DNA from: Lama guanicoe
Lineage: Eukaryota
Assembly: GCA_013239625.1 (NCBI GenBank)
Contig: MU054662.1
Span: 8,063,062-8,127,061 of the forward strand
DNA: 64,000 nt
Direction of reading: 5' to 3'
Shown one piece after another: positions 23,266-35,440 of this stretch; within the stretch, counting starts at the first letter, position 1, and every line of letters begins with the position of its first letter. The notes beneath the pieces were generated by a model. It saw only the letters and a list, made by a program, of their open reading frames with translations. It did no database searches and was not told the origin of the DNA. A program made the position numbers and the translations under genes.

Positions 23266-24214
23266 TTTAGGGAGCGGCCAGTGGGAAGCAGCATCCTTTT
23301 GGGGGGATTCAGATGGGGGAGCAGCCTAGGCTGCCTCCATCCAGGTTCCCACCCACTCCTCAACCCCACCTACCTGACTTAGCAACTCTGGGACTGGCAG
23401 GTGACTCAGCAAAGACCAGTCCCCAGAGCCACCATGGCTGCAGCCTGGGGAGGGGATGTGTTAGCAGCCAAATCCTCTGGGGTCCTTATGGAGACAGAGC
23501 CTGGCTCCTCCACCCTCTGTTGGCAGGAAGGAAGGGAGTCCTCAGGGCCTCACCAGATGGGGTAATCATGCCTTCCTGGCTCCCTCCAAAGCCTTGGGAT
23601 CTACAGGCAGACAGCAACACGTGGCTTGGGGCTAGTTCCCAGCTAAGTGGGCGGGGGGGTGGGGAGGAAAGGGGCTAGAAATTCCTGAAGACTCAGTCTT
23701 TTGGGGAACGAAGGAATCTTCTTCCTCCTGGGTCTCCTCGGCAGCTGCTGAGCTGCGGAATTTATCGAAGGCCTTCACGCTTTGTGACAGACTGCTAATG
23801 AGAGGGAGGCCAGGCCTTCTGCATCTGCCTTCTTTGGATCCTAATTTGCCCGGGACGCTACCCCCAAGAGAGGGTGAGTGACTTGGAAGCCAGGAGGGCC
23901 CCACAGAGCCCTGCGGCCTGTCAGCAGGGCTTGGCTTGAAAGGCCCCTGCCGAGGGCCACCCAGGGGGCTGCTCCCAGCTCCAAGTACCTGCCAGATATG
24001 TGAAACATGCGCTGGGATTAATGGGAACCAGATGGGCAGGACAGCCCCTCCACCTGGCCTGCACAGAGAACGCTCAGGTTGCTGGCATGGTGCTGAGGCT
24101 TTTCTTCGGATTTCTCTAATACTGTTTTTTTGTTTTTTGTTTTTTGTTTTTTTGCTCCAGGCCACATGCCCAGGAACAGGAGCTGGGGGGCCTGGCGCTT
24201 TTCTGTCCAATGTA

Positions 24215-24550
24215 AAGATGAGGAAGTTAGGAGGGACCTTTGAGGTCGCCCAGTGCAACGGCTCTCCACCCAGGCTGTCCATTAGAATCCAAGGGGAGCT
24301 TTTTAAAACGACCTGGGCCCGAGCCCTACCCCAGGCCACTACATAAAAATCTCTTGGGGAGGAGTCCAGGTGCAGTTTTATTTTAAAAGCTCTCCAGATG
24401 TTCTAACGTGCTGCCCCTGTTGAGAACCACTGAACTCTTCCTTTCTAGGGGAGGAAAATGAGGCCCTGGTTGAGGAAGCAACTAGCCCAAGGTCACACAG
24501 TCAGGACCGGTTAGTCGGCTTCCAACTCCCAGCCGAGAGTATATTCTTCT
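24215..24550 (-). mobile_element. MIR3-like SINE interrupted by MER5
   Basis: GGAGGGACCTTTGAGGTC left of the insertion; GAGGAAAATGAGGCCC...GCCCAAGGTCACACAG right of it. Confidence 0.65.
24256..24432. mobile_element. MER5B/MER5A MITE
   Basis: CATTAGAATCCAAGGGGAGCTTTTTAAAA...AAAAGCTCTCCAGATGTTCTAACGTG...TTGAGAACCACTG. Confidence 0.85.
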
Positions 24551-24736
24551 GGGAGCCCTCTTCCGTGTCCCTGTAGCCCCTCGGCCCGCAGAGTTCCTAC
24601 TGAAGGTCGCAGTAGTCTTTTCCCTTCAGTTTTGCTGTGTCCCTCCCATCCTCTGAAGCAGGCATCAGTGCATCTCCTCCAGGAAACTGACACCCGAGCA
24701 CCTCTGACTTGTCACAATATGGACCGTATGGAGCCA

Positions 24737-24897
24737 GGCTACTCCCAGTGTGTCCTGAGGACCAGCATCAGCCTTGTCTGGGAGATCGTTAGAAAAGCCT
24801 CAGTGAGTCTCAGCTCCCAACCCAGACCCACTGAGTCTGCCTTTTAGCCAGGTCCCCAGCTGGTTCATGAGCGTGGTAAAGGAGCAGGAGCGCCGGT
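24737..24897. mobile_element. MER5A1-like MITE
   Basis: GCTACTCCCAGTGTGTCCTGAGGACCAGCATCAGC...CTGGGAGATCGTTAGAAA...CCCAGACCCACTGAGTC. Confidence 0.7.
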
Positions 24898-25244
24898 GTT
24901 TGCTGTTGAACCCAAGCCTCTGTCAGATTCATTTGTGTTGAGATTTTGTCTTAGTGGTAAAATTGCCTGCTTCCTGGGAAAGGGGAAAGGCTATTGTGTC
25001 TTGCATAGAATGTGTTACACATAACACAATACTGGGCACACAGTAGGTGCTTTGTAACTTTTTGCTGACCTGAAACGATCTCTCCCAGCGGCCCCGGGGT
25101 GTGGACATCTCAGGAGAATAGACCTGGGGTCAGGAATGCTCAGCTCTTAAGCTGAGTCCATGGCAGACAGGGGCCCTGTTGGCCAGGGAAGGCATCCCAG
25201 CTGCCAGGTGGGAGACTGCCCACTCCAAGGAAGCAGGGAAGGAA

Positions 25245-25445
25245 AGAGCATCTCCTCATTGCCAGCTCTGTGCCACGCTCTCTGCCCTTCTCTGCCACTG
25301 GCCCACTGTGTGATCTGGGCAGATAATGCAACCTGGTCTTCCAGCTTCCTTTCCTCTGAAATGGGGCCAATAGTATCTGTTCGTCAGACCAGCTGGGGTC
25401 ACCTAGGATTTGGGCCATGTGGTCAGTAACCAGTAAGTGCTTGAA
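25245..25445 (+). mobile_element. MIR SINE
   Basis: CTGTGTGATCTGGGCAGATAA...GCTTCCTTTCCTCTGAAATGGGGCCAATAGTATC. Confidence 0.65.
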
Positions 25446-26374
25446 TGAGAACTGAGATATTGGGCGTGAAAGCACTCCGTTACCTCCAGTCTTAGTCACA
25501 TATGAGGCCATTTTCTTATTCTTCCCTTTCCCAGTCTCTGGATGAGCAAACTGAGACTCCATTCTCAGCCCCGAGTTTTGGGTTCTGGGTCAGATTTGAG
25601 CAGAGGTGAGGCCTCTGGTGCTGCAGTTGGAGGCTTGGGGGAAGGAGGGATGCTCATACAGGACCAGAACAAGGGTCACCCAGGCCACAGCACGGAGTTA
25701 GCACCACCGGGTCCTGGTGGGGAAGGAGACGAAGGTGGGACGGAAGACTAGGACCTTCAATCACTTAAAAAAAAAATTGCTGCTTACCACTAGCATGTCA
25801 CCCGGTGCTCATTAAATGTGTAAGCACCTTCACCCGAGGCCTGTGCCGTCTGGATGCTTTATCCTCTGCCCAATAACCGTTAATCAGCCCGCAGCAGCAG
25901 CACAAGCCCTGCGAGGGCTGGGTCTTGCCTGGCAACCACAATCTGTTCCTATTTCATCTAAAAAATAAAATGGATAGGATGTTGTGTTTCTCCCTCACCC
26001 CCAGCATGAAAGAGTGCAGGATCAGAGCTCTCCCAACCCCCACCCTCACCCCTTGATGAAAAATTAACCAGCTGTGCAGAGTGAATGAATCCCTAAAGGG
26101 GAATGAGGTCTCTGATGTGAGCTGGGCTGGGTTCTGGGAGCTCCAAAAATCCTCCTGGTCGTTAATTCTCCAGCCCCCGGATCCACGGAGCAGCCGCGGA
26201 CAGGTGTGTGCAGCATGCTAATTGCCACTCCTCCCGCAGCCAGCTGTGCCCAGCAACTGGTGGAGCCGAGGAGGCCCCGGCCGGGTTTTTGATGCGATGC
26301 AGGTCCCTGTGTGCTTTTGGGGAGACGGAGCCACTTGAAGCACACTTCTTGTTTATCTCGGTCTCCATCTACTC

Positions 26375-26492
26375 TTCCGTGGGCTTCCTGATGACAGAGG
26401 CTGAGTCTTATTTGCATCTGAACCCTAGTACCTGAAAGAGTCTGACAGTTAGCAGTGACGGGAATAAACAAACGAAAAAAGGAGTGAGTGAG
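26375..26492 (+). mobile_element. L2 3' end
   Basis: GGGCTTCCTGATGACAGAGGCTGAGTCTTATTTGCATCTG...CCTAGTACCTG. Confidence 0.55.
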
Positions 26493-26546
26493 GGCTCGAC
26501 CATGAGCTGAGTCTACTCCACAGGCTCACTCAGTCCTGGGGAAACC

Positions 26547-26985
26547 ATTCATTCATTCACTCACTCATTCACTCAGTTCATTCATTCATTCATACACTCA
26601 TTCATGCAGCATGCTTACAGAGCCTACAGTTAGTTCATTCATTTACTTTCATCCATTCAACAAACGCTAGGTATTTTTCCTAGGTGTTCTCCACCAAGCA
26701 GTTCCTCGTCCCAGGGATGCACAGACAAAATGCTCATTCTGTGCTCCCAAGAGGCTTACAGTACGGGGGGGAAACAGATCATAAGCAGAAAACATCAACG
26801 AATATGTGATGACAGCCTTGAGAGTGAATTCCTGGGGTGCCCAGGAGCCCAGAGGAGGGCACCCAGCCCCACTGAGGAGATGAGGGGTTTCTGGTGGGAG
26901 CAGTGATGCCCCACCTAGAGGGCAGAGCCTAGAAGGGCAGATAGGAGTTAACCGGGCGATGCTGCTGGGAGAAGGAGCCAGGAGG
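26547..26985 (-). mobile_element. L2 3' end with expanded (TTCA)n tail
   Basis: CATTCATTCATTCACTCACTCATTCACTC... followed by L2 3' sequence. Confidence 0.75.
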
Positions 26986-26989
26986 TGGA

Positions 26990-27418
26990 AGCAATGCAGT
27001 GGCCATCAACAGGTGAATGGATGAACAAGGTGTTGTATATGTATAGTGTATGGTGGGATCGTATTCAGCCATAAAAACAAAATTCTGATTCTGCTACAAT
27101 GTGGATGAACCTTGAAATCATGCTAAGTGGGGGAAAAAAGCCACAAGAGGACAAATGTTCTAGAATCCACTTTTATGAAACATCTTGAATAGGCAAATTC
27201 TTAAAGACAGAAAGATTGGAGGTTACCAGGGGCTAGGGGGTGGCAGGACTGGAGAGTTAGAGCAAGGTTTCTGTTTGGGATGATGGAAAATTTTGGAAAT
27301 AGATAATGGTGGTGGTTGCACAACGGCGTGAATAGAATAGATGTCACTGAATTATACACTTAAAAATGGTTAAAATGGCATATTTTCTGTTACATATGTG
27401 ACCACAGTTTTAAAAAAG
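26990..27418 (+). mobile_element. L1MB-type LINE-1 3' UTR
   Basis: CCATCAACAGGTGAATGGATGAACAA...TGCTACAATGTGGATGAACCTTGAAA...GGTGGTTGCACAAC...CACTTAAAAATGGTTAAAATGG, A-rich end. Confidence 0.9.
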
Positions 27419-28284
27419 AATCCTAGGCCAGCTTTTACAGAAGGCTAACCAATCAATACTTGGTCTGGTAGACCCTCTCCGGCCCGCCTCCCCAGCGGGC
27501 TCTTCTCCCCCCAAGGATTTCTCTCTGCATTGAGTTCTGCCTGCCTGGCGCGTTTCATTTTTGTTTTTATTTCCTGCATCTGCATCTGCTACCACCAGAA
27601 TCTGTTATTGCTCTCTGGGGCCCGCGCCCCTGACAGCGATTACTTGTACATGTAAATCAGAGAGCCAGGGACAAGGCTTTAATGACCGTCTCCTTGGTGG
27701 GGGCAGTGGAGGCTGCATGAGATGAGTGAGTGCCAGCCCCCTCTGGGTCCCCTTTGGTGAATGTTCAGGAACGGGTGGGGGTGAGGGGCCGACCCCAGCT
27801 GGTGCAGGTTCAAGGAACCCTTTCTGGTAGCAATGTTGATTCTGGATCCTGGGGGCACTGCCACAGTGTCCTCCAAAGGCAGGGTTCATTTCTGAATCCC
27901 CAGATCCTACTACAAGGCTGGGCACATAGTGGGCCCACCGTTTGGGACCATCAGGACTTAGCGGGTCTAGTCGCGCATAGAAGGTAACTTCCATCCATGC
28001 TGTTGGCTGCAGTAACCCCTTCCTTTCCTCCTTCTCATCTATCTGTCAGTGACTTTGCAGCCTTAGAGGGCAGGCGGGGAGTCCTCTCAGACCTCAGTCC
28101 ATGCTACTTTATACCTAAGAAGAGCTTGTCCCTTAAGAGAGCAAATACAACAGTTCAAGACCAAGGACAGTTATCAACCAGATGTGTGTGTGAAGTGTGA
28201 AAGCGGGGGAAGGGGCCCAGGGCGAACCGGCACCCAGAGACTTAAGGTGTTACTGGGCTTGCTTTGGGAAGAGGCGTGCGGTCG

Positions 28285-28590
28285 CCATGGACCACCTAAG
28301 CGTATTTACAGGCCAACACCAAAGGGAACGAGCAAGATGCGGGGCAGCATCGTCGAGCGCCTGCTGTTTGTGTCAAAAGCACACACGTTTGGACACTCAT
28401 AGAGCATCCTTGGGAGGTAGGCGTAAAAACTGTATCAGCAATTGCCCCTGGCTGTGGAGTGGAAGAATGAGGGGTCGGGGTCAGAAGGAGGAGGAATACT
28501 TAGCTTTTCATGCTGATTACTTTATGCTGCTTAAATTCTTTACCATCTTTGCCGTAATGCTTTTAATTGCCTAATTACAAAAACAAATTT
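28285..28590 (+). mobile_element. L1ME-type LINE-1 3' UTR (old)
   Basis: GCAAGATGC...TGTTTGTGTCAAAA...GGGAGGTAGGCGTAAAAACTGTATCAGCAATTGCC...TACTTTATGCTGCTTAAATTCTTTACCAT. Confidence 0.55.
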
Positions 28591-28992
28591 TATTTTTTTT
28601 AAGGCCAACACCATGTGTCGTAAGTGGGCAGGTGGCTGACTAATGGGGCAAGTGAGGGAAGTGTCGCTCCCCTCCCTGAGTGTTCTCATGATAAACGCTC
28701 TTCCAGGGAGGCCGGAGAAGTAGAGGGGGCTCCCTGTCCCCAGGGAGCTCACAGAAGTGTCAAGTGTTACTTGAATTTCTTTCTTGGGAAGAGAAATTCT
28801 TTTTTCAAAAGTCCATTTCCTTGTGCTTTGTCTGGCCTCCTGGACAAACACCTCTGGCCTTGTATCTGGAAGATTCCCCCTCTTACCCTCGGGAGTCTTT
28901 AATCTTTTGCAAATCTTTCTTTCCTCTTTAATCTTTGGGAAGAGTCAGTCCATTCAACCTCATGTGGAAGTCAGTTTTTTTAGAGTGACATA

Positions 28993-29056
28993 CATGTGCA
29001 TGTGCATGTGCGTGTGCACATGCACACCCACACACGCACACACGCACGCACACACA
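28993..29056. repeat. Alternating purine-pyrimidine tract (TGTGCA/CA-rich)
   Basis: CATGTGCATGTGCATGTGCGTGTGCACATGCACACCCACACACGCACACACGCACGCACACAC. Confidence 0.85.
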
Positions 29057-29839
29057 ATCCCCGGGGAAATACATCTTCTCCCTCGTCCCTCTAACCCTCT
29101 TACTTAAATGTCTTCAAAATGACTGTGGATATTACTGTTAATCTCATTTTCCCAGACATTGATGGAAGGAGGAAAAAATTCAGAATGTTACAGAGTATTT
29201 TGAGCAATGGAAAACTGCATGTTAAGGAAGGAAGTTGTCTCCTAAGCTGACCTCCGTAGTCCCCTGCCGTTAATGTTGTAATAATATTTTTCTTAAATAA
29301 CAAAGCTTCCTAACGTCACCATCCTACTTCACTTGTAATTTCAGACAATTATTTCCATGTTAACTAGAGGAAATCAAGACATCATAAACTGAAACACAAG
29401 TGATTCTTGCTTGCAGTTGTTTTGAATATCCCCGTTAAGGAACTAGTTGTTATCGTATTTTCATTATTTTCATTTCCACAAATATTTATGGACTGTCTCC
29501 ATCGGGCCCTAACAGAACTGTGGGATATTCCGGAGTCTGAGACAAGCCCCTGCTCTTATGAGCTTGCAGTCACCATGGAGACATTCTCTACCTAGGAGGA
29601 GAAGTATAGTAAAGAACCAATGTGTGCATGAAAAGGAAGGAGATATCCAAGCTGAGTAGAGAAGCTGGGAGAAGTGGAGCTGGGTGGAGAAAGAGCCCTG
29701 GGAGCTGGGCCCTGGGAGACACAGGATAAAGGGGCAGGAAAGTGCGGGTGGAGGGGCGGCGAGGCTGGGCACTGTGAGCGAGCAGGGAAACAAGGGCCAG
29801 CTGTCCTCCTGGGAAGATTAGTGTGTGTCCAGGACATGG

Positions 29840-30055
29840 TGTGGCGATGATGGAGAAGGTGTGGGCTTTAAAGTCAAAAGGTCTGAGCATCAGTCCTGGG
29901 TCTGCTCCTCACTAGCTCTGTGACTTCCAGGATGTCACTCTTACTAACAGCCCATTGCTTCATCTGCAAATGAATATGGTGATGCCTACCCAGCAAGACT
30001 GGCGTAGGATTCCGGGGGCTCACAATTGGCGCTACTAGGTGCCCAGCAATTGCTC
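29840..30055 (+). mobile_element. MIR SINE
   Basis: GGCTTTAAAGTCAAAAGGTCTGAG...CTCACTAGCTCTGTGACTT...TTCATCTGCAAATG. Confidence 0.75.
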
Positions 30056-30089
30056 GCTGCCTCCACCGCCTACGTCAGGTGGAGTAAGA

Positions 30090-30910
30090 GTTAGGAGGGA
30101 GATGTGATTATAGGCCGAGGCATTGGAGATCTGTCTTGCCGGGCATGAGAACCCACTTGGAGCATTTGAACAGAGAAGTGGCATAGTGAGGGTCATGCTT
30201 TAGTTGGATCAGTCTAGCAGGGGCCCCCGGGAGGACTGACCAGGCAGGGAAGCTAGAGGCAGGGCCACAATGCTGCAGGATTTCAGTCAGGAGATAGAAG
30301 GGAACATTTCCTAGAACACAGGGATGGGGCTTAGAGCTTAATGACTCAGTGGATAAAAAGATGAGCAAGAGGAACAAGCCAAGGATGACTCTAGACCTTG
30401 GAGCCAGAGTGTTGGGACAACCATGATGCCACTGGCAGAAGGGAGCAAGGTGGGAGGAAAAACTGATGGGGGTGGGGAAAGCACTGAGCCCAGCTTAGCA
30501 TAGGTGACAACCAGACATCCAAAGGAAAAGTCCAGCTGAGAGGAAAGTCCTACGGAGAGTGGTCGGCTCTAAAGATAAATCTGAGAGTCAGACAGTCTTA
30601 TGGATCAAATCCGTGGGTGTGCATGTGTGTGTGTGCGCATGTGCATATATGCATACAATCGTATGTGAGTGGGTACATGCATGACATGCACATGTGCACC
30701 ACTCTCGGAGCCAGAGAGCTTTGTGAGGGCTCAGGTGGCCGGTGGTGGACGCCTGTGTTCACAGCAAACGGGGAGCTGTTGAAGGGGGAGCAGCACAAGG
30801 ATGCCCTGAGAGGCCACATGGAGCAGGATGGATTCTAGCATCAGATAGGATATGGTTAAAGGGGAATGAGGTGACACAAAGTCACTGGATTCCCTGAGAA
30901 GGTGCTTTCA
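30090..30910 (-). mobile_element. L2 fragment with embedded RY tract (30616-30700)
   Basis: TTTGAACAGAGAAGTGGCATAG...AAGGATGACTCTAG...AGACATCCAAAGG...AGATAAATCTGAGAGTCA. Confidence 0.7.
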
Positions 30911-31149
30911 AAGAGGGCAGTTTCTGAGCCTGCACCAATACGATTGCTCCTCTCCTGACCAGCCGTAACCATGCTTATCTGGACCATTTGGCATTTGGCT
31001 TCCCTCGGTTTATTCTTTCGTAGATCGCTGTGTCCTTTTCTTCCCTCCTCTGTGCCATGTGAAAGTCCCCCTCTGCCCGAAGGTGTGCAAGCATTTTGAA
31101 AATGTGCTTTGGGCTCCCCACCTTTGCCCCTCCTAGCACGTGGGAGGCA

Positions 31150-31830
31150 GCCTTCTCCACCTAGTCAAGGATGAATCCACGCTCCCAAGGGCGAAGGGAA
31201 AATACCTCGGGGTCATCCCAGCCCCACTCCTTCGCTCGCACTCGATATCCAAGAACTCAGCAACCTTGTTGGACCAAACTCATCACCACTGTTCCCACTC
31301 TGGTTGCCATCTCTTGCCTGGATTATTGTTAAGAGCCTCCTAACCTACCCTGCAGCCAGGGTCTCCATCTGAAATGACAATCAAGTCCCACCCCTCCACT
31401 GCTCAAAAGCTTCCAACGGCTTCCCACTTTGCTCAGAGTGAAGATCCAAGTCCTGATCCGGTCCTCAACAATCTTGCCAGCCCTCCTGGCTCGCTCTGCT
31501 CCAGCCCCACTGGCCTCCTCACTGTTCCTCCGACAGCCCCTCCCGCCTGGGACACTGCTCAGCTGTCCTCTCACCAGTGCGGTCTCCCAACCACTCCTAG
31601 AGGAGAGCAGCCCCACCCCGACGCCTTCCTCTTTTCTTCTGGCTTCTTTTCCTCCACGGCTCTTAACTCCATCTGCCATACTGTGCACTTGCTTCTTATT
31701 TATTATCTGTCTCCCCCAATTAGAAGTGTATTCTATGGAGATGGGGTGTGTGTCTTCTTTATTGCTGTGAACCCAGTGCCTAGGACAGTGCCTGGAACAC
31801 AGTAGGAGATTAATAAATATGAGCCGAATG
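31150..31830 (+). mobile_element. L2 (L2a-like) 3' portion
   Basis: CTCTTGCCTGGATTATTGTTAAGAGCCTCCTAAC...CCACTGCTCAAAAGCTTCCAACGGCTTCCC...CCCAGTGCCTAGGACAGTGCCTGGAACACAGTAGG. Confidence 0.85.
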
Positions 31831-31842
31831 CAAGAGAAGGGA

Positions 31843-31975
31843 AACTAACATTTGCAGGGAACTTACTATGCACTGAGTTGTGTATTGAGTCCTTTCACCG
31901 ATGTCATTTACTCCTCCCAGCAATTCGTAGAGGGTTTTTTTCCCATCATATTGATGAGGAAACAGATAAACCCAG
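31843..31975 (-). mobile_element. MIR SINE
   Basis: CTAACATTTGCAGGGAACTTACTATGCAC...GATGAGGAAACAGA. Confidence 0.7.
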
Positions 31976-32069
31976 ATGTAGATCAATATTATTTAAATGG
32001 AGGATTCAGAATAGAGGCCGAGGGCAGGGTCAAGAGAGTGAGTAGATCATTTGACTTCAGTTTGCTCCC

Positions 32070-32340
32070 ATCCATTCATCCCTAGAACAATCAGTAAGCA
32101 CCTGAATATGTCAGGTCCTCTGCTAGTTTCTGGGGATCTAGAATTGAATAGAAAACTACTCTCAATGTCCAGGTTGGTTGAGGAAACAGCCGTTTAAACA
32201 AAAACTTAGAGCAATGAGGTAAGTGCTGTAAGAGGGGTGGGAACTCATCATTCAGAAAGCATGAGCAGGAAAGTGCTTAATCTGGATAAGTCAGAGAAGG
32301 CCCCCTGGAGGAGGTGACGTTTGAGGTGAATCTGCAAATG
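32070..32340 (-). mobile_element. L2 3' end
   Basis: CATTCATCC...AGCACCTGAATATGTCAGG...GTCAGAGAAGGCCCCCTGGAGGAGGTGACGTTTGAG. Confidence 0.75.
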
Positions 32341-32349
32341 ACTGCTATG

Positions 32350-32760
32350 CATTCAAGAAAATTTGGCTGTTCCTGGAAGGATAAAGGCCAAGCTCTTGAG
32401 TCTGGCATGTGGGGCCATACTGGACTCTACCCACCTCCCCAGCCTCATCTCCTGCACAAACTTCCCATTAGTTCCTGCATCACAAAGCTATTTCTTACCC
32501 TTGCAAATGCCATTTCCTCTGCCTGGAATACCCTCCGCCTCCCCCTCAGCATCATCTCCACCCCAGGGTGGACCTGGGGCCTTCTTTGAGCCCCGTATTA
32601 CCCTCTCCATGGACTAGCTCATTGTCACATTTGTGTAACTCCCTCCAAACCAGAACCCCTCTGAGGACAAATGGTCTTAATCATGTTATTCTTGCTGCTG
32701 TGTGGCATTATGGGATCTGTCACAGTGTGGACACAACGTACGATGGTTGCACTAATCAGA
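32350..32760 (+). mobile_element. L2 3' portion
   Basis: GGATAAAGGCCAAGCTCTTGAGTCTGGCAT...TTCCTCTGCCTGGAATACCCT. Confidence 0.65.
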
Positions 32761-33754
32761 GCCTGGGCCGGAGGGGAGAAGAGGGCTTCTGAGGCTTGGG
32801 AAGACCCATGCATGTGAGGGCAGCTGGGGAGCAGCGGCTGGGCAGGCCTGGCGGAGCGAGCTGCAGGGAGAGGGATGTCAGGTCCCTCGGAGGTGGCGAC
32901 AAGGAAACAGGAGCTCCTGGGCCATGGAGTGTAGACAGGGCATGTGAGGGCCCTACACAGCGTGCTCTTTCAGCTGGGCCGGAGGAAGAGCCAAGCCTGC
33001 TGAAGGACATAAGCCTTGGGGCCGTCTGTTCACATGGAGGTCCTGGCTGGAGACCCCATGGGACGCCTTGGAGCGGGAATCGGCCACGGGATTGCAGGAA
33101 CATCACTGCCTGCTCCCTGCACACCTGGGCCGCCATTGGCCAGCCACCTGAGCGGAGGGCTCTTTCTGAAGCTGGAGTGAAGCCCAGAAGCAACAGCTGG
33201 AGGGGCTGTCCCGGGCTCTGGGGGGACGAAAGCAGAGTCAGTGCCTCCTTCCTGGGCTCCTGCAGTGCCCAGAGCAGTTGGCCTTGGCTGCTTGCAGGAA
33301 AGTCTCCCAGGTACCAAGCTCTGAGCTCCGGGAATGGAAGCTGTTAGCACAGCACCAGGTACCAGATGAACACTTGGAATGAACAAGTGCACGAATGCAT
33401 GAATGCAGGCTAAGCTGCAGCGCTGAGTTAGAAGTGGGCAAGCCTGGGTCTCAGATGAGGGCTCCTGACCTTTGACTTATTTTCAGGGTCTCTTCGACCC
33501 ACGTGGCCCAAGCCTCATTCTCCCCTTTCTCAGTCCTTACCTGACTGTTGATTATCATGTCAGAAGTCCAAGAACACCTGTCTGGTTTCCCCAGGTCAAG
33601 TTCTAAGCCCAGCTACAGTCTGAGTGTGTAACTCAAGTTACTTACCTCCGTTCCTGAGTGCAGAACAGGGACCAGTTCTCGAGCTCCTCAGCCACCTCCC
33701 TGGGAAGTGGAGAACTGACCGCTAGGCCCAGGGGAAGGGCAGGTGGTGGAGGGA

Positions 33755-33950
33755 AGCTGTGCTTAACAAAGAATCAGCATTGGTGGATTTAAATCCTCCT
33801 GGCACCACTTATTTATGACCTCGGGCGAGCCATTTAGCATCTCTGAGCCTCAACATATTAATCTATTAAATGGGGTTGATTATATCTGCCGTATTTATTT
33901 CAAAGAATCGTTGGGGGAAACGAAACAACATTTCACTGTTGAAAATGCAT
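33755..33950 (+). mobile_element. MIR SINE
   Basis: TGACCTCGGGCGAGCCATTTAGCATCTCTGAGCCTCA. Confidence 0.7.
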
Positions 33951-35064
33951 TTCTCCTTGCATTTTGTCTCCATGGGGAAACCTGGAAACAAAGCCCCCAG
34001 ACTCAGGGAGAGCTCCTGGGATCTGAACATGTGGCTGGCACATGGCGGCCGCTTAGTATGTTAGATAACTGAAAGGATGGATGGACAAATAGATAAATTT
34101 CTGACCCAGGGGTTGGAAGAAGAGATTTTGAGTGCTAGCAGATTGCAGCATGTGGCCCTGGGCAAGTCTTGTCCTCTCTCTAGTCCCCAGTCCCCTTCTC
34201 CGGGAAATGAAGGTGCTGGTAATAGATGCTTCTTTCAGCCCCAGGCTGAGCTGGGCTGCACAAGTTGAGAATCTGAGCTCGAAGGCAGCAGCTTGCTCTG
34301 CTAACCTCCAGGGCCCTGGACTGGCTCTGGCTCAGGAAGCTTTTGTTTGGAGTCAGATCAGATGCTGCCAATCCACCGCAGGGACTGGGAAAGGGCCGTT
34401 GGCGGTGGGGACAGGGGCCAGAGAGAAAATGGCTCAGTTCATCCTGGACAACTCAGGAGTGCTAGATCTCCCAGCCCAAATCCCTTGGAGAGAGGGGAGG
34501 CTGTCCTTCCCCTTGGACTGATCAGATAAAATGTCCTAGACTCTGATCTAAGACCCTTAGGTGGGGACAGGGCCTCCAGAGCAGGACTGACTTCCGCATG
34601 CAGGAGGGAATGTGGCATCTGATTTCACTTCCCACAGCTGCCAGCATAAAGTCGGTATTTTTTTGTGGAGCAGACAGAGTAAAGAGAGAATAAAGTGTTG
34701 AATTGTTTGGCATTATCATGGATTTCAGCTCCCCAGGACTCCTGCATAAAGAGATGGAAATACAGCTGCCGGAGCCAAGAAACACATAGAAGTATATGAA
34801 TTTATTACATATTATCTTTCCTCCTTCCAAACAGCCCTGGAAATGTCAAAAGATCATCTATTGTTTCATCGTTGATAAAAAACAGTTTGGGTTTGGTAGG
34901 CTCTGGGCTTGGGCACGAGGCAGGCAGCGGGAGAGGAAGACACAAACGCTTCCCCAGGGTGAGCTTCGGGAGGCCCAGCCATCTTTCTAATTCTTCCTTT
35001 CTGGGTGCGAGTCTCACAGGTGTATTTTGCCCAGGGCGAGCACGCGATTGCACAGTCGCACGCT

Positions 35065-35440
35065 TGTAAATGTGTAAGTGCCGACCATGTGCCAGGTTCT
35101 GTGCGCGGTGCTGCCGGAGAGCCCAGGGTCAAGCTCATCGCTGCAGGGGGCTTGGAGCCTGGTGCTGACCGTGTGCTAAGGGTGGCCACAGCATCTCGGA
35201 CCCAGCTAACTCGGTCTGCCTGGAGAATCCAGAGCAGGGGTGGCTGTGCCGCCTGGAGGAGATCCAGGAAGGCTTCACAGAGAAGGTGACATCTGAGCTG
35301 GCCCTTGAAGGATGAGTGGACTCAACTCCTGGCAGAGGAGAGAAGCAGAGGCATGACATGCAAAGAGAAGAAAGTATGGATGCCACAAGCTGAGAGGCCA
35401 CGCTCAGCTGTCAGACCTAGAGGTCGGGCCTGGAGAGATA
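35065..35440 (-). mobile_element. L2 3' end
   Basis: AGTGCCGACCATGTGCCAGG...CAGGAAGGCTTCACAGAGAAGGTGACATCTGAGCTGGCCCTTGAAGGATGAG. Confidence 0.8.

Noticed and set aside
26908-26926. CTCF-like CACCTAGAGGGCAG (also weak matches near 7545 and 39140)
   Set aside because: Mismatches in the 5' core, located inside an L2, and such matches are expected by chance in GC-rich DNA.
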